Shown here piece by piece: positions 51,363-64,000 of a stretch of 64,000 nucleotides of DNA. Origin of the DNA: Eledone cirrhosa (Eukaryota); contig OZ024740.1 in NCBI GenBank assembly GCA_964016885.1, positions 73,160,001 to 73,224,000 on the forward strand. Reading direction: 5' to 3'. Each line of letters opens with the position of its first letter. Within the stretch, counting starts at the first letter, position 1. The translations under genes and the position numbers were made by a program. The notes under the pieces are model-generated. The model did no database searches, had not been told where the DNA came from, and saw nothing but the letters and a program-made list of their open reading frames with translations.

Positions 51363-51609
51363 TATTTCCATACCACAGGGCACAAAAGCCTTGTGGTAGT
51401 AAATGTATTGCTTTCTGCCCATAGATGATGGCTGCAAACTCTGTTAAGAGTACTGCAATCGTGTGTCAGATTATAGAGTTTGGTGCACTTTTAGGCTACG
51501 GTCAGCCACATGAAAGTGTAACATATCCTGAACAGGCAATGCCTGTGTTTTGAAAGTTTTTTTTAAGTGGACATACATACATACATACATACATACATAC
51601 ATACATACA

Positions 51610-52752
51610 TGGTGGCTGCCAACTCGTTTTCGAGTATGGCCACTACTTTATATCTATGTAGGAGAACTCCTACCGATGCGCTGAACGAGTGTGACTTTTT
51701 AGTCCAGCCAGCGACTTGAAAACTCTGGTACAAACACTACACTTGTGACAATTATTGACACACAGCGCTGGGCCCATGGTACCATGTGATGACAAATGCA
51801 GAGAGATCTCCAGATATAAAGCAATGCCTGTGCCGTGAAGCTTTTATAGTGAACAAAGGCACTGCACAAAGCCAGTCCCACTCTCTTAACCAAGATGATA
51901 TTTACCAAAAAGAAGAACAAGTCAACATCATTGGATACCATCAGAGTTGCAGGTGTTATATCAGAGTTTTCCTTCTCCTAGAATTCTGCCTTGACAAAGG
52001 CTAAGGGGTCATCTCTCCCGGTGATTTTGGATGGCCACTGACTCTTAAGAGCTCCTTTGCCCTTTGACAGGTTTTGTTTTTAGTCCTGCAGGATGTCCAA
52101 AGTCACCCTCCTCACCAAGAAACCTTGGTGGGGTTGCCAGTTTAGTCGCCAACGACCCGACCATGAGACAGGTTGTACCATACATACATACATACATAGT
52201 GCCAACTCGTTTTCGAGTACGGCCACTACTTTATATCCATGTAGGAGAACCCCTACCGATGCGCTGAACAAGTGTGACTTTTTAGTCCAGCCAGCGACTT
52301 GAAAACTCTGGTACAAACACAACACTTGTAACAATTATTGACATATAGTGCTGGGACCATGGTACCATGTGATGACAAGTGCAGAGAGATCTCCAGATAT
52401 AAAGAAATGCCTGTGCTGTGAAGCTTTTATAGTGAGCAAAGGGACTGCACAAAGCCAGTCCCACTCTCTTAACCAAGATGATATTTACCAAAAAGAAGAA
52501 CAAGTCAACATCATTGGATACCATCAGAGTTGCAGGTGTTATATCAGAGTTTTCCTTCTCCTAGAATTCTGCCTTGACAAAGGCTAAGGGGTCATCTCTC
52601 CCGGTGATTTTGGATGGCCATTGACGCTTAAGAGCTCCTTTGCCCTTTGACAGGTTTTGTTTTTAGTCCTGCAGGATGTCCAAAGTCACCCTCCTCACCA
52701 AGAAACGTTGGTGGGGTTGCCAGTTTAGTCGCCAACGACCCGACCATGAGAC
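51610..52752 (-). mobile_element. Two tandem copies of the ~600-bp RTE-derived element (51610-52178, 52200-52752)
   Basis: Both match 33131-33741; separated and flanked by (TACA)n. Confidence 0.75.
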
Positions 52753-53626
52753 ATACATACATACATACATACATACATACATACATACATACATACATAC
52801 ATACATACATACATACATACTTTCTTTTAATGCTTTCCTGTAAAAACATAAAACATATGACAGTTTGCAGCAACTCAACTCACCGATTTCTTTTCTGCCT
52901 TTCTTTCTTTTTTCTTTCTTTCTTTCCACCCACTCCTACTACACTAAACTAATCTATATTCCTATATATTCTTATGTATTCCAGAACTGCAGTTCGAAGG
53001 TATTCAAATAAAGACTAACACATAGTAAAATTACAAGTCAGAGTGTTAAGCAATTGGTATCATTATAAAAAGGAGTTTCCCCCCAATGAAGATCAATCGA
53101 ACGACAGTTTTAATGACAGCTGGGTTGCCGTAACGTGGGGAGTTAAGCTCTTCTCTATAATCAAAATCACTTAATTGACGCTTCGTTCGTTTCTACAGTA
53201 GAGAGGAAAGGAGGCAAAGAGATTGTCCGGATTTAATCATTTTTCAAAATGTCGTCTGCTTCTTTCCAATTTTACATTTGTGTCCCTTGATTTATTATGT
53301 GACCAGAACAAGGTTTGATCTTTGTATCATAAAATACTTTCTATGTTTTTTTTTTATTTCCTTCCTCCCCACTCTTTCTTTCAGTTATCCACCGTTTTTA
53401 TTTTTTCTTCTTTTCTTTCCTTATTTTCTCTCTCCCTCTCACTTTCTTTCTTTCTCTCTTTCGTTTTCTCATTTTCGCATTCTCTCTGTCACTTTCTCTC
53501 TCATCTTCTTTCTCTTTCCCCTTTCCTCTACATCATCCTCACCCCCCCCCCTCGATTCTTTACTGTTTCTTTTCATTTTTTTTTCTTTCTCTGTATTCGT
53601 TTGTTCTTTTATTCCTTAATTCTTTT

Positions 53627-53922
53627 GCCGGTTTCAGTCATTAGATTGCGACCATGCTGAGGTACCGCCTTAAATGAATTGTCGATCGTATCGACCCCAG
53701 TACTCTTTTACTGGTTTCAGTCAGTAGACTGTGGCCATGCTGTGGCACTGCTTAGAAGAGATTTAGTCGATCATATCAACCCCAGTATTCTTTTACTAGA
53801 CTGTGGCCATGCTGGAGCACCATCATCAAGAGATTTTATTTTTATATCGACCCTATTACATTTTTTTTAGGTTTGGTACTTATTATATCGATCCTTTTTG
53901 TGTCGAACTGTTAAGTTACGGC
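53627..53922 (-). mobile_element. SINE-family remnant with internally repeated module
   Basis: Module ggtttcagtca.tagactg.ggccatgctg..gcac...gtcgat...atcgaccccagta repeated ~2.5x. The tail resembles the Meta-like SINE (tggtacttatt.tatcga). Confidence 0.55.
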
Positions 53923-54154
53923 TCATAGATAACTCACACACAAACACACACACACACTTTTCCGACTACCAAATTTCCCTCACATCTTATTTTATTTCCT
54001 TTTCTTTCTTTTTTCCTTATCTCTTATTCACTTTCCCTCTTCCCTTTCCCGCTATATTATACGTTATACATACATACATACATACATACATACATACATA
54101 CATACATACATACATACATACATACATACATACATACATACATACATACATACA

Positions 54155-54214
<60 letters not shown>

Positions 54215-55589
54215 TATATATGCATATACATACATATATATATGTGTGTGTGTGTGCGTGTGTGTGTATGTGTGTATGTTTGGATGTATATATGCATCAC
54301 TTTTTATCTCTCATATTTTCTCTCTCTTTCTCTATCATTCTCCTATGTCTTTCTCTCCTCCATTTTCCATCCCCTTCTTGTAGTTTGTTTTTCTCTATCA
54401 CTCTCCAATGCCTTTCTCTCCTCCATGTTCTCTCCTTTTACTTCCCTTCTCGTCCTCTCTAAACCACTCTCACTATTTTCCTTCTTTTTCTTACCGCCCC
54501 GACCTTTTCATCCTCTCTCTCTGCCACAATCTCTATTTCCACCTTCTTACCTCCCTTCTCATCCCCTCTATAACACTCTCCCTCTCTATTCCCTTCCCCT
54601 TCTTATTTCCCTTTTTATCCTCTCTATACCACGCTCTCTATTCCCCCTCCTTACCTCCTTTTCATCCCCTCTATACCACTCTCTCTCTCTCTCTCTCTAC
54701 CTCTCTCACTCTCTCTCTTTCTCTCTCTCCCATCCCATTCTTCCCTCTCATTCTTACTTCCATTCTCATCTTCTCTATACCACTCTTTCTATTTTCCCTC
54801 CCCTTCTTCCCTCCTTTTCATCCTCTCTCTATATATATCTCTCTCTCTCTACACACACACACTCTCTCTTCCGTACTACCCTCTCTATTTTCCCGCTTCT
54901 TACCTCCCCTCTCATCCTCTCTATACCACACCCTCCATTCTTCCACCCCTTCTTACCTCCCCTCTCATCCTCTCTATACCCCATCTCCATTCTTCCATCC
55001 CCTTCTTACTTCCCTCCTTCTCAACCTCTCTGTACTATAGTCTGTTTCACCATTCTCTCGAAATATTTCTATATTTATATTAGCTGTCTTCTGTCTGTTT
55101 TTCTACCATTCTTGCTTAATGAATATATTCTACACCAATACCATCATACCATTTCAGAATATATGAAATGCACTTTTCCCTTTAATTTTTATTTATCCAT
55201 TCATTTATATTTTTTCCTACAGAAAGAATATTTCATTATTTCTTTCTTTTGTCGAATACTTTTTTTTATTAAATACCTCTTCTTCGTTTAAAATTCTTAT
55301 TTTTTAAAAATATATTCTTTTTCTAATTTTTTTTTATCATTTTATCATTTTATTTATTTATTCATTTTTTTTTTTTTTTTGAAAACCTAATTTTTATTTT
55401 TTTCGATTTTTCTAGAAACTCCCTCGTTTGTTGTGTTTGCCATGAGTTTTAGAATATTTTAGTCTGAACTCTGTTTGCCTTTATTAATGACAGACGTAGA
55501 CTTTTTCCTTATAATTTTGTCGGCCCAACCCGGTTACCTTCACCCCACACTCTCACAACTGCTACCTTATATCCCCCCCCCCCGCCACC

Positions 55590-57825
55590 ACCATCATCAG
55601 CACCCATAACAATAACAACAGCAGCAAAAACACCTATACCATCATCAACACCCACAACAACAAACATAAATTCCACCATCATCAGCACCCACAACAACAA
55701 GAATAACAAACCTTACCTCCACCAACAACAACGCATACACCATCACAGTCACCAACAACAACACACGCCGTCAAAGCCATCACCACTAACAACAACAACA
55801 CATACACCGCCACAACCATCACCAACACCACTACCACCACAACCACCACAACCATCACCAACACCACTACCACCACAACCACCACAACCATCACCAACAC
55901 CACTACCATCACAACCACCACAACCATCACCAACACCACTACCACCACAACCACCACAACCATCACCAACACCACTACCACCACAACCACCACAACCATC
56001 ACCAACACCACTACCACCACAACCACCACAACCATTACTACTACCACTACCACCATCACAACCATCACACCACCACCACAACTACCTCAACCGTTACTTC
56101 CAATAACAACAACAAAACAACAACCCCTCCACCACATAGGTCACTCAACCAACTAGAAATAGAAGTCTAATCTTAAATATTTCCCTGTCATCTTACAAAA
56201 AGATATGGATACATTGGACAATGTGGTTCTAGATACTACAGCCACCAATCACAATCGAGCATGACTTTGTAATATGTACCATGCTTTCACTAAGGATTTT
56301 AGGTGTCCTTACAGTCTTGGGCAGACATAGACACTCTCTCAATCCTACTTCCTTTGATCCAGTAAAACAACCAGTGTGTGACAGCTGGAAGGGGGGGGGG
56401 GCTGCACCAGCACTGAACTAGTACTTTCTTTATCGTCCCCAAATGAATGAAAGGCAAAGTGGACCCCGACAGATTTGAACTCACAACATTGAGACCAGGA
56501 ACACATATCCAACGTTCTAACAACTCTGCCATTGGTTCTAGATACACTCTATATGAAAGGAAGACACTATGATCAAACTTGGATCGACTTTGATCATAAT
56601 ACATCAACCAGGCTATAGCTGACCTAAGGTTAAAGAACTACTTTGCCATTGTTACCAACAGCAAAACAAAATAACATGTTCACTAATGCCACCATCATGA
56701 TTACGATGATTACCACCATCGTCATCATCACCACCTCCACCATCATCCTCACCACCATTACCCCCTCCATCGTTGTCGCCATCGTTACCAAGCCACTACC
56801 ACCAACAACACCAACACCAACAAAAACACCAACAGCACGAACAACTCAACACCACACCAATAACACCAACAACACCAACACCACCAAACACAATTTACAA
56901 CACCAACACCACCAACAACAATACCACCACCACCAACACCACCACCAACACCAACAACACCAACACCACCAACAACAATACCCTCAACACCACCACCACC
57001 ACTAACAACACCATCACCTCCACTACAACCAACAACACCACCACCACCACCACCACCACCACCAACACCACCACCAACACCACCACCACCACCAACACCA
57101 TCACTAACAACACCACCACTAACAACACCATCACTACCAACACCACCACCACCATCACTAACAGCACCACCACCATCACTAACAACACCATCAGCACCAC
57201 TACCACCACCAACAACACCAACACCACAACCACCACCATCACCACCAACACCACCACCACCAACACCATCACTAACAACACCACCACTAACAACACCATC
57301 ACTAACAACACCACCACTAACAACACCATCACTACCAACACCACCACCAATACCATCACTAACAACACCATCACCACCACTACCACCACCAACACCACCA
57401 CCACCAACACCATCACAAACAACACCACCACCACTACTACCAACACCACCACCACCATCACTAACAGCACCACCACCATCACTAACAACACCATCAGCAC
57501 CACTACCACCACCAACAACACCTACACCACCACCACCAACACCACCACCAACAACACCTACACCACCACCACCAACACCACCACCACCACCATCACTAAC
57601 AGCACCACCACCATCACTAACAACACCATCAGCACCACTACCACCACCAACAACACCAACACCACAACCACCACCATCACCACCAACACCACCACCACCA
57701 ACACCACCACCAACAATACCAACACCACCACCACCAACACCACCACCAACAATACCAACACCACAACCACCATCACCACCACCACCAACACCATCACTAA
57801 CAACACCACCACCACTACCACTTGC
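55590..57825. repeat. (ACC/AAC)n-derived low-complexity repeats (36-bp unit at ~55810-56050; degenerate array 56690-57825)
   Basis: Direct. Open in several frames on both strands only because of composition. SINE remnants lie between them (~56100-56640). Confidence 0.9.
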
Positions 57826-58089
57826 TAATGAATATGATGGCATTTTTGTCAACACCAGCCAGCCCGTCAGCTCACCCTCAAGCCAACACACACCAAACAA
57901 ACCTATTCTCTACTTCATATCTCTCACTCTCTCTTTCTGTTCTCTCTCTTTCTACACCCCTCTCCCTCTTTCTCTTCTCTCTCTTTTTCTCTCTATTTCT
58001 CCATCTCTCTCTCTTTCTCTTATCTCTTTTTCTCTCTCTCTCTCTTTACACACACACACACACTCACATATATCTTTCTATCTATCTCT

Positions 58090-59055
58090 CTATATATATA
58101 TCATAAAACATGTCTATAGAATCACAAGATAAAATATATACTATTTCCTCTCCCAATTAGCATAATTAACTATATAAAAAATCGAATAGACCAGGCTATA
58201 CGAATGAGGCTTCTATGAAGGAATCTCCGACAAATAACCAAAACTAGCGCTTCGCGTCGACCGTAGCGGAATATTTATCGAATATTTCGACAGCGTAATC
58301 GCCTAGATACAGTCAACTAAGCAGAATTAGGTTTAAAATAAACTAGGAGAAAATAGAATACATTTAAATACCTCTACCATGGTTTCGTCCGTGTTTTGAG
58401 TTATCCAATAATTATGTAATAATTATATAAACTCGAGCGCCGGATTCTTCAGGAAGCTCGCTCATATCTAGACATTAAATTTTCCAAAACAATCGCGCCA
58501 AGAATTCATTTCAAAATGGCTAAAAATCGTGACGTGGTCGCGGTCAAGTTGGAAGGGGTGTGGTAGTTGCTTACGACTGGTGGCATTTTTGCTAGAAAGC
58601 ACAGCATAATACAGCCAAATTTGTATCTCAACCTAGTGGGAGATTATTACATATAAAAGTTTACATATATATCTACATACACATACATATACGTGTTTTG
58701 CAACTGGTCACTTTGTGGCTCAATGAAAAATTAATAAATTAAACAATCAGAGCTATATATCATAAAACATGTATATAGAATCACAAGATAAAATATATAC
58801 TATTTCCTCTCCCAATTAGCATAATTAACTATATAAAAAATCGAATAGACCAGGCTATACGAATGAGGCTTCTATGAAGGAATCTCCAACAAATAACCAA
58901 AACTAGCGCTTCGCGTCGGCCGTAGCGGAATATTTATCGAATATTTCGACAGCGTAATCGCCTAGATACAGTCAACTAAGCAGAATTAGGTTTAAAATAA
59001 ACTAGGAGAAACGCTGTAGAAATATTCGATAAATATTCCGCTACGGCCGACGCGT
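58090..59055 (-). mobile_element. PLE pLTR-like remnant (direct + inverted repeat) at the truncated 3' end of the Tx1-type element
   Basis: ~58095-58351 is repeated at ~58754-59011; 59018-59055 is the inverse of 58912-58949. Contains an HHR. Confidence 0.72.
58370..58457 (-). ncRNA. Type-I hammerhead ribozyme motif
   Basis: GCUUC-CUGAAGA-A-UCCG[long]CGGA-C-GAAA-CCAUGG(palindrome)-UA-GAGGU. Confidence 0.78.
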
Positions 59056-61994
59056 AGTACTGCCAGGCCAGAGATTTCTGGAAGTTGTCCATAGGTCCCG
59101 GCCCGAAAGTTCTTCCGAAGAGATTGGCTAGTTGATTTTCGTCGACGCCTAGAGTTTCCCCAAGTACGTCGTCGCTCTTCCCCTCCACTAATCCTCTATA
59201 GAACGCCGAGGTGGAGTTTCCACCGATCACATTGCCCGATTGGTCGAGGGCTGTGAGCGCCTGAAGACATTCCAGTCTCCAGGCGCTCCCTCTCGGTCTT
59301 CGCTTGACCCAGGACTGCAGCTCCGACAAGGAAACGAGCTGGGGAAATACGTGTCTAGCAAACGGCGACCACACCTGATCACCGTCGAGGAAGAGGTGGA
59401 GATGTCGTAGCCTGAGCGCGTGTCTGCGCATCATCAGCCACGGCATTCCCAGCCCTCCACGTAGCGGGTGTTGACAGCAGATGGACCGCCTGACCATCGG
59501 AGCGCGTCCCTTCCACAAAAAGCGAAAGAGCAAACGCTCCAGCGCAGTCAGGCGGGGCTTAGGACAAGGTACGACGGTCAGGCGGTAGCAGATGACAGAC
59601 GCGATGTACGCGTTAGCCACCTCCGCTCGACCTTTCAGGGATAGCTTCCTCTCGGCCCATTTCTGGGTGAGAGAAGCCACCCTGCTCGTCACCTCGTCCC
59701 AGTTTTTGTCCGTCTGGAGGTCCGGACCGAACCAGACCCCTAGCAATTTAACCGGTCCGTCCGTCCAGCGTCCGACGACGCTGTTGGACGGCATGGACCT
59801 GCCTATCCAGGTGCTGAGCTGAAGGCCCACTGACTTTTCCTGGTTGATCATTGCTCCTGTCACCGCTTCGTATTCTCTTAGTGTAGTGCCGATCGTCTCG
59901 ATGTGTTTGGCGTTCGACACCACTACGGTGACATCGTCCGCATATGCTGACACGGATCTTCCGCATCCTAGTTCGCGCGGGACGCCCCTCAACGTCTCCA
60001 GTTTGTGCAGTAATGGCTCGAGAGTCAATACGTGCAAGAGTGACGAGAGGGGACATCCTTGGCAGACCGAGCGCATGATGTTGAACGGTTCCGACAGGTG
60101 ACCGTTCACTCTCACCACAGAGCAGATGTCACTGTGATGGCAGCGATCCAGCCTCTGAAGACGGGCCCAAAGCCAGCCGCCCTCAGGACTGCCGCTAGGT
60201 AACGATGGTCGACCATATCGAAAGCTTTCGACTGATCTAAATTGATCAAGGACCCACCCGTGCCAGGTTCCCTAGCTGCCCTCTCTACGATGTATCGCAT
60301 GAGGTGGAGGTTGTCGTGGATGGATCTGTCGGGAATGGCGCATGTCTGCGCCTCTCCCACCAGACCACCAACGACAAGCGCCAACCTCTTTGCTAGCACC
60401 TTGGCCAAAATCTTGAACTCTGTGTTTAGCAGAGTTATGGGTCGGAAATTATCTGTTATCCCCCTTGTTCGGATCCTTTCTCAGCAGTGCCACCGCTCCT
60501 CGGCTCACAGAACTGGGAATTCTCCCGTTCTGTTGCCAGTTGCAGTAGACGTCCGCCAAGAGGCCTCCGAACAAGTCTGGCATCTGTACGTAAAGTTCAT
60601 AGGGCAGACCATCCAAACCAGGCGATTTACCCCTTGTGCAGCCAGTCATTGCCTCCCTTACTTCAGCGGCTGTTATCGGCTTTTCGCAACACTCCGCCTC
60701 AGTGGCCGAGAGCCGCAGCAGTCCGTCGAGGTAGACACTAAAGTCCATCCCTCGACCCGACCCACCGCTGCCCCCGAACAGCTGAGCGAAGTGTCGCTGA
60801 AAAGCTTCACACATTTGCCCGGGATCGAGTAGCATGCGCCCGTCGTGGTCCACCAAAGACCGGATCGTGGCTTTGTTGCCACGACGCGCCTCCGCCACTC
60901 GGGCCCATTGAACGGCTTTCGTCCCCTCGTGTCTGAGAGCACGCACCCTAGCTCTGACAACGCAGCCTTCGTGCTTTGCATTGAAGAATTGGTCAAGGGC
61001 CAATTTCGCCGCAAGCACGTCGGTCGCAATGCCTTTGCTAAGCACCTCGTCTAATTTTCTAAATACTTCTCCCTCTGCTCTATGTTTCTCTATTGCTAAA
61101 GCCTTACTAAACCTAATCGATTCTATTCTAATCGCTCTTTTCAGAGCAAACCACCACTTGTTGTTGAAGATGGCCCCCGTCAACGCCTGCTTAACTAGTT
61201 CGCTAATCCGGTCTCTGTAGGCCTTGCGCGCTGGTAAGGACGCGTTTAGCTTCCAGTAGCCGGGTCCTCGTCTATGAAGCCTATCTAAGTCAAGCACACA
61301 GATCACGAATTTGTGGTCCGTGTAGCTGACTATCTTGAATTGTGGACAGCCTATGCTAGACCTATCTATTTCCCTACAAAATACTCTATCTAGATATGAT
61401 CTGGATGACCCTATGCGATTTGTCCAAGTCCACATTGGCACATTCGGGAAATCCAATCGGTACCTGTCAGACAGTTCAAAACGCCTGAGCAGGTTGGTGA
61501 GGCTCTTGCACACTCCACCCTATCCGCTAATCCCACACAGTCCCAGCGTGAATCTAAGATCCCGTTCCAGTCGCCCACTAACACTAAAGAGCGGGACGTT
61601 CCAAGAAAGGTCTCCAGACGCCGGAAGAAATCAGGCCGCCCTGCTCCTGTCGAGGCATAGACGGCCACTAGCCTGAAAGCTTGCCCGTCTCCGCTGGTCA
61701 CGTCCAGCACCACCAACTTACCCTCTGGGTCCAGGAAGATGGCCCGTATGGCGAGATCCAAACCTCTCCGAAAAAGCACAGCAACTCCCCCCCCCCCGAT
61801 CCAGGACGGCTGGGAGATGCGTACACATCGTAGCCGCCGAAGATCGGTGCGAAGGCCCGTGCTTCGGAGATTCTGGTCTCGCTGATGGCCACTACATCTA
61901 TGTTTAGTGACCTGAGGTCGTTGAGCAGGTGACCCTGCTTCCATGACGACCCCAAGCCACGCGCATTTATGCTGCCTATTCTGAGTGAGGTCAT
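59056..61994 (-). pseudogene. Frameshifted, 3'-truncated Tx1-type ORF2 (APE + RT)
   Basis: INARGL, SETR, VYAS, GDWN, YLDRV, TDHK, DQSKAFD, QGCPLS and YADD spread over five ORF pieces. Stops abruptly after SLAWQ at the PLE remnant. Confidence 0.92.
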
Positions 61995-62029
61995 GTTTAA
62001 AATAGAGTGGAAAAGATGGGAAAGACCAC

Positions 62030-63942
62030 TTACCGTACTTTTCGTAGAAGAGGGATGGTTTTTCCATCCCTTCTCACTTGATCGTCTGGTGAAGGGACCG
62101 TTAAATCGTCCCTTCGGCTGGTCGTCGGCTCTTCTATGAGTATGTCCGAATATACTCTTCGGTTGAGTGTCCCGCCTAGGTCTCTGAAATCACCAACTGC
62201 GTTGGGGAATTTCGTTTTAATGTTTGTGTATTGTTTCTGTGCTATTTTTAGCAGTCTTATGTTAGTTGGCGTTTTGATTGGTGCTGGTATTATGTAGTCG
62301 TGTTGTGAAATGTCTGTGTGTTCAATTATGTAAGTCATTAGTTTCTTGTTGTGTGTATTTATTGCCGTGCATTTGTTTTTCTGGGGGTGGGGTGTGGTTC
62401 TGCTATTTTCTTGTCGTTGTTGCTGGGTGTGTGTGTTTTGTTGTTGTGTTTGCGATGTTGGTGTTTGTGGTGGTGGTGTTGAAGGTGTTGTTGGCGGTGG
62501 GGTTGTCGCCGGTGGTGATGGTGGTGCTAGTGTGGGTGGTGATGGTGTTGGTGGTGTTGCTGCTGTGAGTCTCTTTGCAGTAGCCTTTACCCTTTTTTCA
62601 TTTCTTTCCTCCCTTTTCAAAGGCGACGATGCGCTGCTTCTGCGTTTGTGCCTTCTTACGACCTTTTGCCATCCCTCTCCCACCTCACACTCCATGTCTG
62701 ATTCTGTGAGGTCGGGGAGGGGTACTAGCTCCACTCTTTCACTTGTTGTTGTTGGTGATGTTTGCACTGGAGTCTCTGTTGCAGCTGCATTTGGTATTGC
62801 TGTTGTTGTTGTTAATACTTCCACTGCTGCTGCTGTTTTTGATTTCCGTGGCGTGGGTATGGGTGCCACGGACCTATCGTTCCTGGTTGCCGCTTGTCCT
62901 GTTGCTGGTAGCCGTGGAGCCGGTTTCGGAAGGAGGGGGGGTTTCTCCTTTCTCAGGGTCTTCTCATTGCAGAAGGCCCTGAGGTGAGTCTTCGATCCAC
63001 AGCGAAAGCATTTCGGGCGTTTGCCCTCAACACTTATGGGCAGTTGAGTGCCATTATCGAAGTCTATCACATCCGGGATAGCTTCCATGCACTCCTGGTT
63101 GGTTTGGATTAACATCTCAATGGAGGTGCCGACCCAATCTTCTCTTACTTTTTTCTGTACTTGCAGTACAGTTGTTTTGTCCTCGATTCCGACGAGGACA
63201 GACGCGGCCAGCCAAGAAGGGGCCATCCCGGGAGGGGGGGGGGTACGTGGGTCAGTTTGACCCTCACAATTTTTTGCCCGCAGTAGGAGGGCACCAACAC
63301 CATTTCCTCGCTCCTTAGGGTCACTAAGGATTGAGCCTTTGCCTCATGGGGTGTGGCAAAAAGTACGTCTACGGTGGCATATTTCTTGCCTCGGGTGATG
63401 TGCGTTTTCCGCTGCCACACAGACCCCAAGGCTTTTTGTATTTGAGCCTCTGTTGCTCTTTCAACCCTACGGGATTTTGTACTTACTGTACAGTACGTGA
63501 CCGTACAGTGCTGTTGGGTTTCGAAAAATTTTTCCGCTGCCTTGCAGATTGCTCGGTGTCCAGTTTTTGTCACCATCTTCTTCGCTTCCTGTAATTCCTC
63601 ATTTGTTATGAGGATGGTTTCCAGGTTCTTTGCGATACCTGCAAACGAGATTGGTTTTTCTTTGATGCTGTTGTTGTTGTTGTCGTCAGAGCTGCTGTTA
63701 CTTTTGTTGTTGCTGCAGGTACTACGACTACTGCCGCCGCCGCTGTTGCTGTGGTTGTTGTTGTTGTTGCTGCTGCTGCTGTTGTTGTTGCTGCTAATGC
63801 TGTTGTTGTTTATGCTGCTGCTGATGCTGTTGCGGCTGCTACTGTTGTTTTCCTTGTCACTGTTGCTGCTGTTATTACGGCTGCTACTGCTATTATTCCT
63901 GACGTCAGACGAATGAAATGGGTTTTCGTATTTCCCGCACAC
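62030..63942 (-). pseudogene. Tx1-type ORF1 (zinc knuckle CFRCGSKTHLRAFC) split by a frameshift near 63235
   Basis: Homologous to 37027-38904 (ISFA, PSY.G.K, ISVEG.RP.C..C...HL.A.C). N-terminal poly-Asn/Ser tract. True start not identified; the 5' end may lie beyond the window. Confidence 0.85.
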
Positions 63943-64000
63943 TTTTTTCGTCGTTGTCGTCGTCGTGGAGAAATCTTACTCGCTTTGCACGTGATTTTTC

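Noticed and set aside
54242-55291. 349-aa hydrophobic ORF
   Set aside because: Pyrimidine-rich low-complexity DNA that lacks stops for compositional reasons.
56643-57900. 351-aa Thr/Asn-rich mucin-like ORF and 371-aa Gly/Val-rich antisense ORF
   Set aside because: Degenerate (ACC/AAC)n is open in most frames. No signal peptide, domain or splice evidence. An exon cannot be fully excluded without RNA data.

Overview
Eukaryotic (animal) genomic DNA made almost entirely of microsatellites and transposable elements. I found no convincing host gene. The SINE families and the (TA)/(GA)/(CA)/(TACA)/(TATC) microsatellite load suggest a cephalopod (Octopus-like) genome, but that is inference only. Main contents: (1) An intact Penelope-like retroelement (PLE; 819-aa RT + C-terminal GIY-YIG ORF, pseudo-LTRs) with a 3.26-kb inverted partial copy, nested in a (TA)n tract of a non-autonomous Helitron. 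(2) Many short PLE 3'-end remnants forming fold-backs at (TA)n tracts. By hand I can fold about 16 minimal type-I hammerhead ribozyme (HHR) motifs from about 11 families, most with a palindromic stem III. They include core variants (U3-A8, U4C, GUG) and one recurrent family with a non-canonical A3-U8/G5A-like core. (3) A 12-kb co-oriented stack of eight L1/Tx1-type LINE insertions, each ending in a (TCTA)n tract. One copy is full length with both ORFs intact and a ~21-bp TSD. A frameshifted Tx1-type relative lies at the right end of the window. (4) CR1-group, RTE and R4/Dong-like LINE fragments, a ~600-bp RTE-derived non-autonomous family inserted in (TACA)n, tRNA-derived SINEs, Helitrons, MITEs and minisatellites. 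Most short ORFs in the supplied track are microsatellite translations.
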